The position numbers were made by a program, and so were the translations under genes. Under the pieces are notes generated by a model. It made no database searches. It saw only the letters and a list, made by a program, of their open reading frames with translations, and was not told the origin of the DNA. A stretch of 64,000 bases of DNA from Gemmatimonadota bacterium (GTDB lineage: Bacteria > Gemmatimonadota > Gemmatimonadetes > Palauibacterales > Palauibacteraceae), in assembly GCA_965116475.1 (NCBI GenBank), contig OZ220691.1:1600001-1664000 (forward strand). Direction: 5' to 3'. Numbering within the stretch: the stretch's first letter is position 1; each line of letters starts with the position of its first letter. Of this stretch, positions 1 through 8,100 are shown in pieces.

Positions 1-677
1 AGGTTGCCGCCCATTTCGACCTCGACGATGCGGTCGAGGCCCTCTTCGTCGGTCAGATCGGCTACGCGGGCCGCGACATCCTCCTCGCGATAGTTGATGA
101 CGACGTCCGCGCCCGCCGCCCGCGCGACCCTCGCCTTCTCGTCCGCGCTCACGGTGGAGAGGACCCGCGCGCCCCCCAGCCGGGCGCACTGGATCGCATA
201 GGCGCCGACCGCGCCCGCGCCGCCGGTCACGAGCACCGTCTGCCCCTCGACGGGGCCGTCGCCGTACACGCAGCGGTGCGCGGTCAGGGCGGGGATGCCG
301 AGACACGCCCCATCCATGAACGACGCGTTCGGGGGGAGGGGGACGGCCCGGGACTCGGGGACCGTGGCGAACTCCGCCGCGGTACCGAGGTCGCTCCCCC
401 ACTGCGCCTCGTAGACCCACACGCGGTTGCCGAGACGGCCGGGATCGACGTCCTCCCCGACCTGGTCGATGACGCCGGCGCCGTCGAAGTGCGGCACCAC
501 GAGCGTGGAGGCGAGCGCGCCGCGGCCGCCCGCACGCCGCTTCACGTCGACGGGGTTGATGCCGGAAATGCGCACGCGGACCCGAACCTCGCCGGGGCCG
601 GGCACCGGCGTTTCCTGTTCGCCCACCTCCAGCACGTCGTCTGCCGATCCCAGCTTCGTGTACCACGCTGCGCGCAT
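1..677 (-). CDS. NADPH:quinone reductase (zinc-independent MDR family), truncated by the window edge
   Basis: Manual translation from ATG at 677 gives MRAAWYTKLGSADDVLEVGEQETPVPGPGEVRVRVRISGINPVDVK..., with nucleotide-binding VTGGAGAVG near 205-230; runs off the left edge. Confidence 0.85.
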   Translation of the reverse strand, partial: MRAAWYTKLGSADDVLEVGEQETPVPGPGEVRVRVRISGINPVDVKRRAGGRGALASTLVVPHFDGAGVIDQVGEDVDPGRLGNRVWVYEAQWGSDLGTAAEFATVPESRAVPLPPNASFMDGACLGIPALTAHRCVYGDGPVEGQTVLVTGGAGAVGAYAIQCARLGGARVLSTVSADEKARVARAAGADVVINYREEDVAARVADLTDEEGLDRIVEVEMGGN

Positions 678-692
678 GTCGTCCTTCTCCCG

Positions 693-800
693 CTATTTGC
701 CGCTGGGGTCGCTGCCCGTGTCCGGGGATATCTTCGCACCCGCGCCGGACGTGAGGAAGAGCACGAGGAGGAAGGGCACGAGCGCGGACACGTCGCTCAA
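693..800 (-). CDS. Possible 35-aa small hydrophobic protein
   Basis: TTG start overlaps the panB TGA (TTGA); peptide MSDVSALVPFLLVLFLTSGAGAKISPDTGSDPSGK fills the gap between panB and the reductase. Confidence 0.3.
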   Translation of the reverse strand: MSDVSALVPFLLVLFLTSGAGAKISPDTGSDPSGK

Positions 801-1642
801 CCCCCGTCCCCCGCCGATTCGTAGCCGTGTTCCTCCGCCGGGTAGCTCCCCGACCGCACTTCCTCGGCGTAGCGCGCGACGGCCTCCCGCGTGGCCTCCC
901 CGAGTTCGGCGTACCGCTTCAGGAAACGGGCGTTGAACCCTTCGTTCAGGCCGAGCATGTCGTGTAGCACGAGCACCTGTCCATCGCAGTCCGGTCCGGC
1001 TCCGATCCCGATCGTCGGCACGGAGACGGCCTCCGTCACTCGCCGCGCCGCGGACGTCGGCATCAACTCGAGGACGATGGAGAAGACCCCCGCCTCCTCC
1101 AGGGCAACGGCTTCCTCCGCCAGCCGGGCCGCCGCCTCTTCGTCCTTCCCCTGAATCCGGTGTCCCCCGAGCGCGTGGACGGACTGCGGCGTGAACCCCA
1201 GATGCCCCATCGCGGGAATTCCCGCCCGGACGATCGCCCTTACCGCGTCGACGACCTCGAACCCGCCCTCGAGCTTCACGGCGCCGGCGCCGGTGCGCTT
1301 CAGGATGTTCCCCGCGTTTCGCACGGCCTCCGCGGGCGAGACCTGGTAGCTGAGGAAGGGCATGTCGACGACGACGAAGGCGCGCGACGCCCCTCGCGCC
1401 ACGATCCGGCCGTGGTACGTCATCTGCTCCACCGTGGCGGAGAGCGTCGTCTCTTCTCCGCACAGGACGCTCGCCACGGAGTCGCCGACGAGAACCAGGT
1501 CCACGCCCGCCGCGTCCACGAGCGATGCGAAGAGTGCGTCGTAGGCGGTGATGGCGACGATCTTCTCGCCGCGCGCCTTCATCGCCACGAGGTCGACCGT
1601 CGTCCGTTTTCGTTCTCCGGAGCCGTCGCCCGGCACGCTCAT
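797..1642 (-). CDS. panB: 3-methyl-2-oxobutanoate hydroxymethyltransferase
   Basis: Motifs TAYD, LVGDS, VVDMPF, VKLEGG, MGHLGFTPQS and TIGIGAG...DGQVLV. Confidence 0.97.
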   Translation of the reverse strand: MSVPGDGSGERKRTTVDLVAMKARGEKIVAITAYDALFASLVDAAGVDLVLVGDSVASVLCGEETTLSATVEQMTYHGRIVARGASRAFVVVDMPFLSYQVSPAEAVRNAGNILKRTGAGAVKLEGGFEVVDAVRAIVRAGIPAMGHLGFTPQSVHALGGHRIQGKDEEAAARLAEEAVALEEAGVFSIVLELMPTSAARRVTEAVSVPTIGIGAGPDCDGQVLVLHDMLGLNEGFNARFLKRYAELGEATREAVARYAEEVRSGSYPAEEHGYESAGDGG

Positions 1643-1669
1643 GGTTCGCGTCACTCGATCATCCCTCGA

Positions 1670-1909
1670 TCACACGCCTCCCGCGGCCGACTCCGGCGGG
1701 AACAGCGTCCGGCCCGTTTCGGCATCCAGCACGCGGATCGCGCTCACGGGACAGTTCGCCGCCGCCTCGAGCACGAGTGCCGCCGGGTCGCCCGTCGCAT
1801 CGACGACCGTCGACTGGCGGTGCTCGTCATGCGCGAACACGCCCGGCGCGGTGGCCACGCACATCGCGTTGCCGACGCAGAGCCCGCGGTCGACCTCGAT
1901 CTTCACCAT
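1670..1909 (-). CDS. Ferredoxin, [3Fe-4S] type
   Basis: CVGNAMC...NCPVSAI (CxxNxxC...CP); directly downstream of a P450. Confidence 0.9.
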   Translation of the reverse strand: MVKIEVDRGLCVGNAMCVATAPGVFAHDEHRQSTVVDATGDPAALVLEAAANCPVSAIRVLDAETGRTLFPPESAAGGV

Positions 1910-1916
1910 GTGGGGC

Positions 1917-3161
1917 TCACCATGTCACGGGCATGGATTCGATGGAGCGGAACTGGATGCTCGGCTGGTAGCGCAGTTCGTCCGTGTCGAGGGCGAAGCG
2001 CTCGAAGCGGCGCGCCAGCCCGCGAAAGACCTCCTGTCCCTCGATACGCGCGAGCGCGACTCCGAGGCAGTAGTGGATCCCGGACCCGAAGGAGAGATGC
2101 GGGTTCGGCTGGCGCCCGATATCGAACCGGTCGGGATCCTCGAACACGGAGGGGTCCCGGTTCGCCGCGGCGATGATCCAGCGGATCCGCTCGCCCGGCG
2201 ACAGCGTCTTCCCGCACAGTTCCGCCTCCCGCGCGACGATGCGCTGGGTCGACTTCACCGGCGGATCGAAGCGGAGGCACTCTTCGGTCGCCGTCCGCGC
2301 GAAGCGGTCGGGGTCCGACCTCAGCCGGTCCCACTGCGCCGGATGCTCGATGAAGGCGCGCAGTCCGTTGCAGATCAGGTTCATCGTCGTCTCGTGTCCC
2401 GCGAACAGCATCAGTCCCGTATTCACGAGCACCTGGTGCCGCGTGAAGACGCCATCGGTCTCCCCGCGCGCGAGCGCCGAGATCAGGTCGTCGCCGGGAT
2501 TCCCGATCCGCTCCTCGACGAACGGGCGGGCGTACGCCACGATCCCGCGGATCCCCTCCGTCAGAGGCCGCAGCCGGTCGGGCTCTCCGCGATTCAGGTG
2601 GAGGATGCTGTCGGCGAGCCCCCGGAGCGTGTCCATGTCCTCGCGGGGAACGCCCATCATCCGCGCGATGATCCGCACGGGAAGCGGCGCGGCGAGGTCG
2701 GTGACGACGTTCATCCTTCCCCTGGGCCACAACTCGTCCAGGAGTTCGTCGACCGCCCGGCGTACGAAGGGTCGCCAGCCTTCCATCGCCGTCGGGGTGA
2801 AGAAGGAATGAACCGTCTTGCGCTGCTCGAGGTGTTCGGGACGGTCCTGCTCCACGAGTTGATCCGCGCGGAACGTCCTGACCTCGTCGAACAGGGGCGC
2901 GTCCTCGGGCAGCACCGGCGGGTAGGGCGCCCCCTCCACGCCCCGGATCACCGCCGAGGAGAAGAGTTCGTGGTGCCGGAGGATCCAGACGACGGGGTCG
3001 TATCCCGTCACGACCCACAGCCCGAACTTCTCGTTCCAGTGTACGGGGTCCCGCTCCCGCAGCCGCGCGAAACAGGCGTATGGGCGGGCGATCGCCTCCT
3101 CCGCGAAGAGGTCGTCGAGCTCCGCCGCGGCAGCGCGCCCGGGACCCGTGCCCGGGATCAG
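1917..3161 (-). CDS. Cytochrome P450 (start probably CTG at 3161)
   Basis: PYACFARLRERDPVHW, I-helix AGHETT, EECLRFDPP, heme motif HLSFGSGIHYCLG; no ATG/GTG/TTG in frame between the upstream stop and the conserved N-terminus. Confidence 0.93.
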   Translation of the reverse strand: MIPGTGPGRAAAAELDDLFAEEAIARPYACFARLRERDPVHWNEKFGLWVVTGYDPVVWILRHHELFSSAVIRGVEGAPYPPVLPEDAPLFDEVRTFRADQLVEQDRPEHLEQRKTVHSFFTPTAMEGWRPFVRRAVDELLDELWPRGRMNVVTDLAAPLPVRIIARMMGVPREDMDTLRGLADSILHLNRGEPDRLRPLTEGIRGIVAYARPFVEERIGNPGDDLISALARGETDGVFTRHQVLVNTGLMLFAGHETTMNLICNGLRAFIEHPAQWDRLRSDPDRFARTATEECLRFDPPVKSTQRIVAREAELCGKTLSPGERIRWIIAAANRDPSVFEDPDRFDIGRQPNPHLSFGSGIHYCLGVALARIEGQEVFRGLARRFERFALDTDELRYQPSIQFRSIESMPVTW

Positions 3162-4489
3162 GGCGCGAACCGATACACGACCGGCAGTTGCGCGACGTCC
3201 GTGACTCGGGAATCCGGGTGGTGCACGATGTTGATCCGTCCCGTGCCGCAATCCCCGAAGTCGTCGCAGGAGATCCCGCCGATGAGGCCCGTCAGGCTGG
3301 TCCGGCCGATCTCGGCGCGCAGCCCGGCGCGATCGATGTGCAGCTGTCCGCCCTCCTCCACCGCGACGGTCTCGATGGCGTGGAGAAGGAGCGTCGTCGC
3401 GTCGTACGCGTGCGCCCAGTAGGGGGTTGGCGGAGGTCCGCCGTACGCGGCCTCGTACGCCGCCAGCACGGCGGCCCCGCTCATTCCAGTCACGCCGTTC
3501 ACGTTCGAGCCGAAGTCCGACTCCGGTCCCGCGAAGTACATCCCCTCCGACTGCGGCGTGGCGAGGAACGTGGAGACGAGGAGCGCCGACCCCGAGATGA
3601 GGGTCGCATCCCCAAGCCCCTCGAAGCCTTGGGCCTGCGCGGCGAAGGGCGTCCCCTCCGCCTCGAAGAGTGGGAAGAAGATTCCGTCGGGCGCCGCCGC
3701 TGCCATCTCGGTCAGGGCCGGCGTCATGTCCGTGTCGCCCTTCGCGATCGACGTCGCGGCGGGGACTTCCCCGCCCAGCGCCTCGAAGGCCGCCTCGAAG
3801 GCGGCCACGAGCGCCGACGTGTACGGGTCTCCGTCGTGAACGGTCGCGACGCGCCGAAGTCCCAGCTCGTTGAACGCGAAGTCGGACAGGGCGCGGGCCT
3901 GGTACAGGTCGTTGTTCGAGACCCGGAAGTAACCGGGGTGATAGTCCGGATTCGGGTTGCCGGCGAGATCCGACGTCAGCAGCGGCGAGGTCGTACTCGG
4001 CGCGATCATCACGTAGCCCGCCTGGCTGATCACCGGCGACGCCGCCACCGCCGCGGCGGAACAGGTGGTGCCGACGACGCCCGCCACCTTCGGGTCGGCG
4101 ACGACTTGTTGGGCAACGGCGCGTCCTCCCTCGGGTCCGCACGCCGAGTCCAGCGCATCCCCCAGGTCGATCATGCGGCCGCTCACCGTGCCCACGTCCC
4201 GGACGGCGAGTTCGACGCCGTGCCGCGACGGGACTCCCCCCGACGGCCACACGGTCATGGACTGCATCGACCGAATCGACACCGCCTCGCCCGCGTTTAG
4301 CGTGACGGCCCCCAGCGGCCCCGGCTCGAAACCCGGAGGCTCGGGGGGCGTGGGGGGGCCGACCCCGGGGCCGTCACCGCACGCAAGGGCCAGCCCCGCC
4401 GCGATGGTTGCTGCCGGGATCGTCGCCCCCGGCGCCACCGTCCGCCTCCGCCGCGCGATCCATACTCCGGAACCCATCCGAAAACGCAT
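3158..4489 (-). CDS. Branched-chain amino acid ABC transporter substrate-binding lipoprotein (LivJ/LivK-like)
   Basis: Lipobox LALAC; VVGTTCS, PSTTSP, YFRVSNND, AYDA and GLIGGISCD are typical of type I periplasmic binding proteins; start uncertain. Confidence 0.88.
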   Translation of the reverse strand: MRFRMGSGVWIARRRRTVAPGATIPAATIAAGLALACGDGPGVGPPTPPEPPGFEPGPLGAVTLNAGEAVSIRSMQSMTVWPSGGVPSRHGVELAVRDVGTVSGRMIDLGDALDSACGPEGGRAVAQQVVADPKVAGVVGTTCSAAAVAASPVISQAGYVMIAPSTTSPLLTSDLAGNPNPDYHPGYFRVSNNDLYQARALSDFAFNELGLRRVATVHDGDPYTSALVAAFEAAFEALGGEVPAATSIAKGDTDMTPALTEMAAAAPDGIFFPLFEAEGTPFAAQAQGFEGLGDATLISGSALLVSTFLATPQSEGMYFAGPESDFGSNVNGVTGMSGAAVLAAYEAAYGGPPPTPYWAHAYDATTLLLHAIETVAVEEGGQLHIDRAGLRAEIGRTSLTGLIGGISCDDFGDCGTGRINIVHHPDSRVTDVAQLPVVYRFAP

Positions 4490-4610
4490 CTGAACTCTCT
4501 CCTCGTGACAGAAGAAACCCGCCGCCCCAATCTAGCCGGGGGGCGACGATGCCTCCAAGACGTGCCAAGTACCCCGTGCCCGGTTCCCCGGAGACGCGCG
4601 ATGGACCGTA

Positions 4611-6398
4611 ATGGAGCGTAGCGGACTCACTCGGGTCTTGCCGGTCTGCACCGGTCTTCTCGCGGCCGGATGCGCCGAGCCGGGCGTACCCGCGCCGCCG
4701 GGTCCGATTCCGCTCGACGAACTGGCCCTCGGGGCGTGGTCCCCGCCGGCCATACTCCCGAACGTCCGGTTCCTCCCGTCTCCCCGCGCGCAGGCCGCCG
4801 GGCACGCGTTCTCCGGCGCCGTCACGCTGGTGGGCGCCGAGATGCGGACGGACCCCGCGGAACTCGCTCCGCGCCGGTTCATGGGCCGGGACACGAAGCG
4901 CTTCCCGGACGTGTCGTTGGGATTCGTGGCGGTGGGACGCGACCTGATCCCCTGGAATCGCAACCTCATCGTGTCCGGCACGCGCACCGAAGCCGGGAGT
5001 TACTGGGATGTGCTCGTCGGACCCGGCACCGTCTGGTCCGAGCCGGGCGACACGTGGTCGCGGGCGGCGTTCCCGCTGCAACTCGCGAGTTCCGTGGAGA
5101 ACGAGACGTACAACGGGGTCGCCACCTTCGCCTTCAACGACGATGAGGTGTCGGGCGTCCGCTTCCAGACCGTGACCCAGGGACGGCCCTATTTCCTCGT
5201 GCAGCGGCGGCTGATGTGGGGCCAGCTCGCGGCGGAGTTCACGCCGGGCGCGGCGCCGGCGGGGGTCGCCGAGGCCTTCGCGGCCGAGCAGGCGGGGCGT
5301 CTGCCCCTGCGCCCGATCTCCGACCTGCGCCCGCGGGTGGGAAACGCCGCCTTCGACGCCATGCACGGGGACATGAACGCCGGGGACACGAGTACCGGGA
5401 ACATGGTTACGGCAGCCTTCCTCGTGCGCGACACGCTCTACGTCGCCGACTGCCCCACGCCGTTCGGGGAGCTTGCCTTCTGCCGGGAACAGCGCTTCGG
5501 GATCTGGTCCGTGACCAAGTCCACCGGCAACACGGTGGCCGCGCTGCGGCTCGCGCAGCGCTACGGGCGCGCAGTCCTCGACGAGCGCGTGGCCGACCAC
5601 CTGGAAGTGACGGCGGAGCACGACGGCTGGGACGACGTCCGCTTCCGGGACGTCCTCAACATGGCCACGGGAGTAGGCGAAGGATCGACGCGGACCGAGC
5701 CCAACAACACGGGCGACGGCTACCTGATCGGCTACGACGACTGGTATACGGCGATTTCGAAGGACGAGCGGATCCGGCAGGTGTTCCGCGCCTCGAACCA
5801 CCCGTGGGGACCGGGGGAGGTCGTCCGCTACCGCGACCAGGACGCGTTCCTCATCGGCGCGGCGATGGACGCCTATCTCAAGCGGCGGGCGGGGCCGGAG
5901 GCGGACCTGTGGGAGATGCTGGAGGAGGAGGTCTACCGGCCCATCGGCGTGCCGCACGCGCCGACCAACCGGCTCGTCGAGTCGGACGGATCGCTCACGC
6001 TGCCGCAGATGTCGCAGGGCTACTACCCGATGGTGGACGACCTCGCGAAGATCGCGCGGCTGCTGCAGAACGGGGGCCGCCACGAGGGCGAACAGCTCCT
6101 GCACGCCGAGTTGACGGCCGAAGTGATGTACCGGACGGATGTGCGCGGGATCGCCTTCGGTCCGCCCGTCGACATCGGGCAGCCCAGCTACTACCTGGCG
6201 GTCTGGCACCAGAACTACGTCGGCGAAGGGGGCTGCGTCGTCGATCTCGCCCGCATGTCCGGCTGGGGCGGGCACCGGGTCGTCCTCTTCCCCAACGGCG
6301 TCGTCGCGATCCGGATCTCGAAGGTGACGGGGAATGAAGCTTCGCCGGTGGAAGGCCTGGCCGCCGTGGCCGACCGCCTCGACCCGTTCTGCCCCTGA
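4611..6398 (+). CDS. Serine hydrolase (beta-lactamase-like) lipoprotein with a long N-terminal domain
   Basis: Lipobox LAAGC; SxxK as WSVTKS; LNMATG; PGEVVRY; MSGWGG. Confidence 0.8.
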   Translation: MERSGLTRVLPVCTGLLAAGCAEPGVPAPPGPIPLDELALGAWSPPAILPNVRFLPSPRAQAAGHAFSGAVTLVGAEMRTDPAELAPRRFMGRDTKRFPDVSLGFVAVGRDLIPWNRNLIVSGTRTEAGSYWDVLVGPGTVWSEPGDTWSRAAFPLQLASSVENETYNGVATFAFNDDEVSGVRFQTVTQGRPYFLVQRRLMWGQLAAEFTPGAAPAGVAEAFAAEQAGRLPLRPISDLRPRVGNAAFDAMHGDMNAGDTSTGNMVTAAFLVRDTLYVADCPTPFGELAFCREQRFGIWSVTKSTGNTVAALRLAQRYGRAVLDERVADHLEVTAEHDGWDDVRFRDVLNMATGVGEGSTRTEPNNTGDGYLIGYDDWYTAISKDERIRQVFRASNHPWGPGEVVRYRDQDAFLIGAAMDAYLKRRAGPEADLWEMLEEEVYRPIGVPHAPTNRLVESDGSLTLPQMSQGYYPMVDDLAKIARLLQNGGRHEGEQLLHAELTAEVMYRTDVRGIAFGPPVDIGQPSYYLAVWHQNYVGEGGCVVDLARMSGWGGHRVVLFPNGVVAIRISKVTGNEASPVEGLAAVADRLDPFCP

Positions 6399-6409
6399 CC
6401 GGCCCGGGC

Positions 6410-6460
6410 CCGCGACTACGCCGGGGGCCGCGACTACGCCGGGTCCGCGACTACGCCGGG
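6410..6460. repeat. Three tandem copies of CCGCGACTACGCCGGG (period 17-18 bp)
   Basis: Copies at 6410, 6428 and 6445; the third contains the TAG stop of the minus-strand gene. Confidence 0.9.
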
Positions 6461-6870
6461 TCCGCCTCCGACTCGGCGGAGGCATGTGACTTCTCTTCGA
6501 GGATGGCGGAGCCGTAGTCCTCGCTGAGGACGCGCTTGAGGCGGTGGCGTTCGTCGTTCAGACGGTAGACCTGCCGCGCCGCATCGATGAAGTCGGAGCC
6601 GAAGTCGCGGGCACGTTCGAGAGCGCGCAACTTGTCCTCGACATCCCATATGCCCCGGTTCACGGCTTCCAGTTCCCCGAGACGCTCGGTGACGCGGAGC
6701 GGGGCTTCCTCGAGCGGCCCGATCGTCCGCTCGCAGACCTTCCGGAGGCGTTCGAGTTCGGCGTTCACGTTCGCGAGCTTCCGGCGGTCGCGGATGCGGG
6801 CCCGTTTCAATCGGAGGATCGTGATGCGGTCGATGAGTTCGCCGGCGGAAACCGGGATTTCGATATTCAC
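6451..6870 (-). CDS. DUF6165-like protein
   Basis: IPVSAGELIDRITIL, VNRGIWDVEDKLR, F...ARQVY.LNDER..LKR and EEKS recalled as this family's pattern. Confidence 0.75.
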   Translation of the reverse strand: MNIEIPVSAGELIDRITILRLKRARIRDRRKLANVNAELERLRKVCERTIGPLEEAPLRVTERLGELEAVNRGIWDVEDKLRALERARDFGSDFIDAARQVYRLNDERHRLKRVLSEDYGSAILEEKSHASAESEADPA

Positions 6871-6899
6871 GCACCGAAGATAAGGGGAGAGAGGACGCG

Positions 6900-7940
6900 G
6901 TGAGGATAGGGCTCGTGGGGTTCGCGGGCGCCGGCAAGACGACGGTGTTCAACGCGATGACGGGACTCGGCGTCCCGGTCGGGTTCGGCGGCGAGGTGCG
7001 GCTGGGGACGGTGCGGGTTCCGGACGAGCGCATCGATGCGCTCAGCGCCCACTTTTCCCCCCGCAGAACGACGTACGCGGAGATGCGGTTCTGTGACATC
7101 CCAGGGGAGCACGGCGCGGCGAGCAAGGGCCTGTCGCCGCGCGGGCTCCAGCAGATTCGCGACCAGGAGGCGCTCTGCCTCGTCCTGAGGGACTTCGACA
7201 ACCCCGCGCTCGCGGACCCGCCGGACGCGGAGGGCGAACTCGAGGCCTTCGCCACGGAATGTCTGCTCTCGGATCTCGACATCGTCGAGCGCCGGCTGGA
7301 CCGGGCGCGGCGCGAGGGAGCGGACGCGGTCGAGATCGCCGCCTTCGAACGGGCGCTTGAGGCGCTCGAACGCGAGCAGCCGCTGCGGACCGTCCCGCGG
7401 GCGGAACTGGACCGCGCGCCGTTCCGCGGCTACGGCCTCCTGACGGATCGTCCCCTGCTCGCCGTGCTGAACCGCAGCGAGGATCGCGCCGGGGAGCCGC
7501 TACGGCCGGCGCTCGCCGCGCGACTCGCCGCGATGGGGGCCGGCGGCCTGGCGTTGTCCGCCCCCGTCGAGGCGGAGATCGCCGACCTCGACCCGGACGA
7601 CCGGGCCGCCTTCGTGGAGGCGCTCGGCCTGCGAGAACCGGCCCTCGCCCGCTTCATCCGCTCCGCCTACGGGCTCCTCGACCTCATCTCCTTCTTCACC
7701 GTCGCCCCCGTCGAAGTCCGCGCATGGACGATCCGGCGGGGCACTCGCGCCAGGCGGGCGGCGGGCCGGGTCCACTCCGACATGGAGCGCGGCTTCATCC
7801 GCGCGGAGGTCATCCCCTACCAGGTGTTCGCGGAGCACGGCTCCGAGCAGGCCGTGAAGGAGGCGGGCCTGCTGCAGGTCGAGGGCAGGGACTACGTCGT
7901 CGAGGACGGCGACATCCTCCACATCCGCTTCAACGTCTAA
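6900..7940 (+). CDS. ychF: YchF/DUF933-family ATPase (atypical paralog)
   Basis: GFAGAGKTT, VRVPDERI, DIPG, FFTV...EVRAW, VHSDMERGFIRAEV, EGRDYVVEDGDILHIRFNV. Confidence 0.85.
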   Translation: MRIGLVGFAGAGKTTVFNAMTGLGVPVGFGGEVRLGTVRVPDERIDALSAHFSPRRTTYAEMRFCDIPGEHGAASKGLSPRGLQQIRDQEALCLVLRDFDNPALADPPDAEGELEAFATECLLSDLDIVERRLDRARREGADAVEIAAFERALEALEREQPLRTVPRAELDRAPFRGYGLLTDRPLLAVLNRSEDRAGEPLRPALAARLAAMGAGGLALSAPVEAEIADLDPDDRAAFVEALGLREPALARFIRSAYGLLDLISFFTVAPVEVRAWTIRRGTRARRAAGRVHSDMERGFIRAEVIPYQVFAEHGSEQAVKEAGLLQVEGRDYVVEDGDILHIRFNV

Positions 7941-7977
7941 CCCGCCCCCCCAAGCCTCCGCATCGCTTGCTGCCCTT

Positions 7978-8011
7978 AAAAGAAGCAGGGGCCCCCGAGA
8001 GGAGGCCCCGC
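7978..8011 (-). terminator. Intrinsic terminator (minus strand)
   Basis: GGGGCCTCC-TCTC-GGGGGCCCC hairpin followed by TGCTTCTTTT on the minus strand. Confidence 0.75.
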
Positions 8012-8040
8012 GCCCTGCGATCGAAACCACAGGGGGTGTT
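7978..8040 (-). ncRNA. Candidate ~63-nt small RNA with two hairpins
   Basis: Upstream TTGATC-N17-TAGCTT promoter; 9-bp hairpin CCCUGUGGU-UUCG-AUCGCAGGG followed by a terminator hairpin and U tract. Confidence 0.5.
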
Positions 8041-8046
8041 GGAGGC

Positions 8047-8075
8047 AAGCTAGGACTCATCGCGAGCGAGATCAA
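8047..8075 (-). promoter_or_regulatory. Putative sigma70 promoter for the sRNA candidate
   Basis: -35 TTGATC (8075-8070), 17-nt spacer, -10 TAGCTT (8052-8047). Confidence 0.5.
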
Positions 8076-8100
8076 GCAACAGGAACGTTCCGGGTGCCTC

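Noticed and set aside
1917..4250. 777-aa P450 fusion from the ORF track
   Set aside because: The N-terminal ~360 aa is an Arg/Gly-rich off-frame reading of the binding-protein gene
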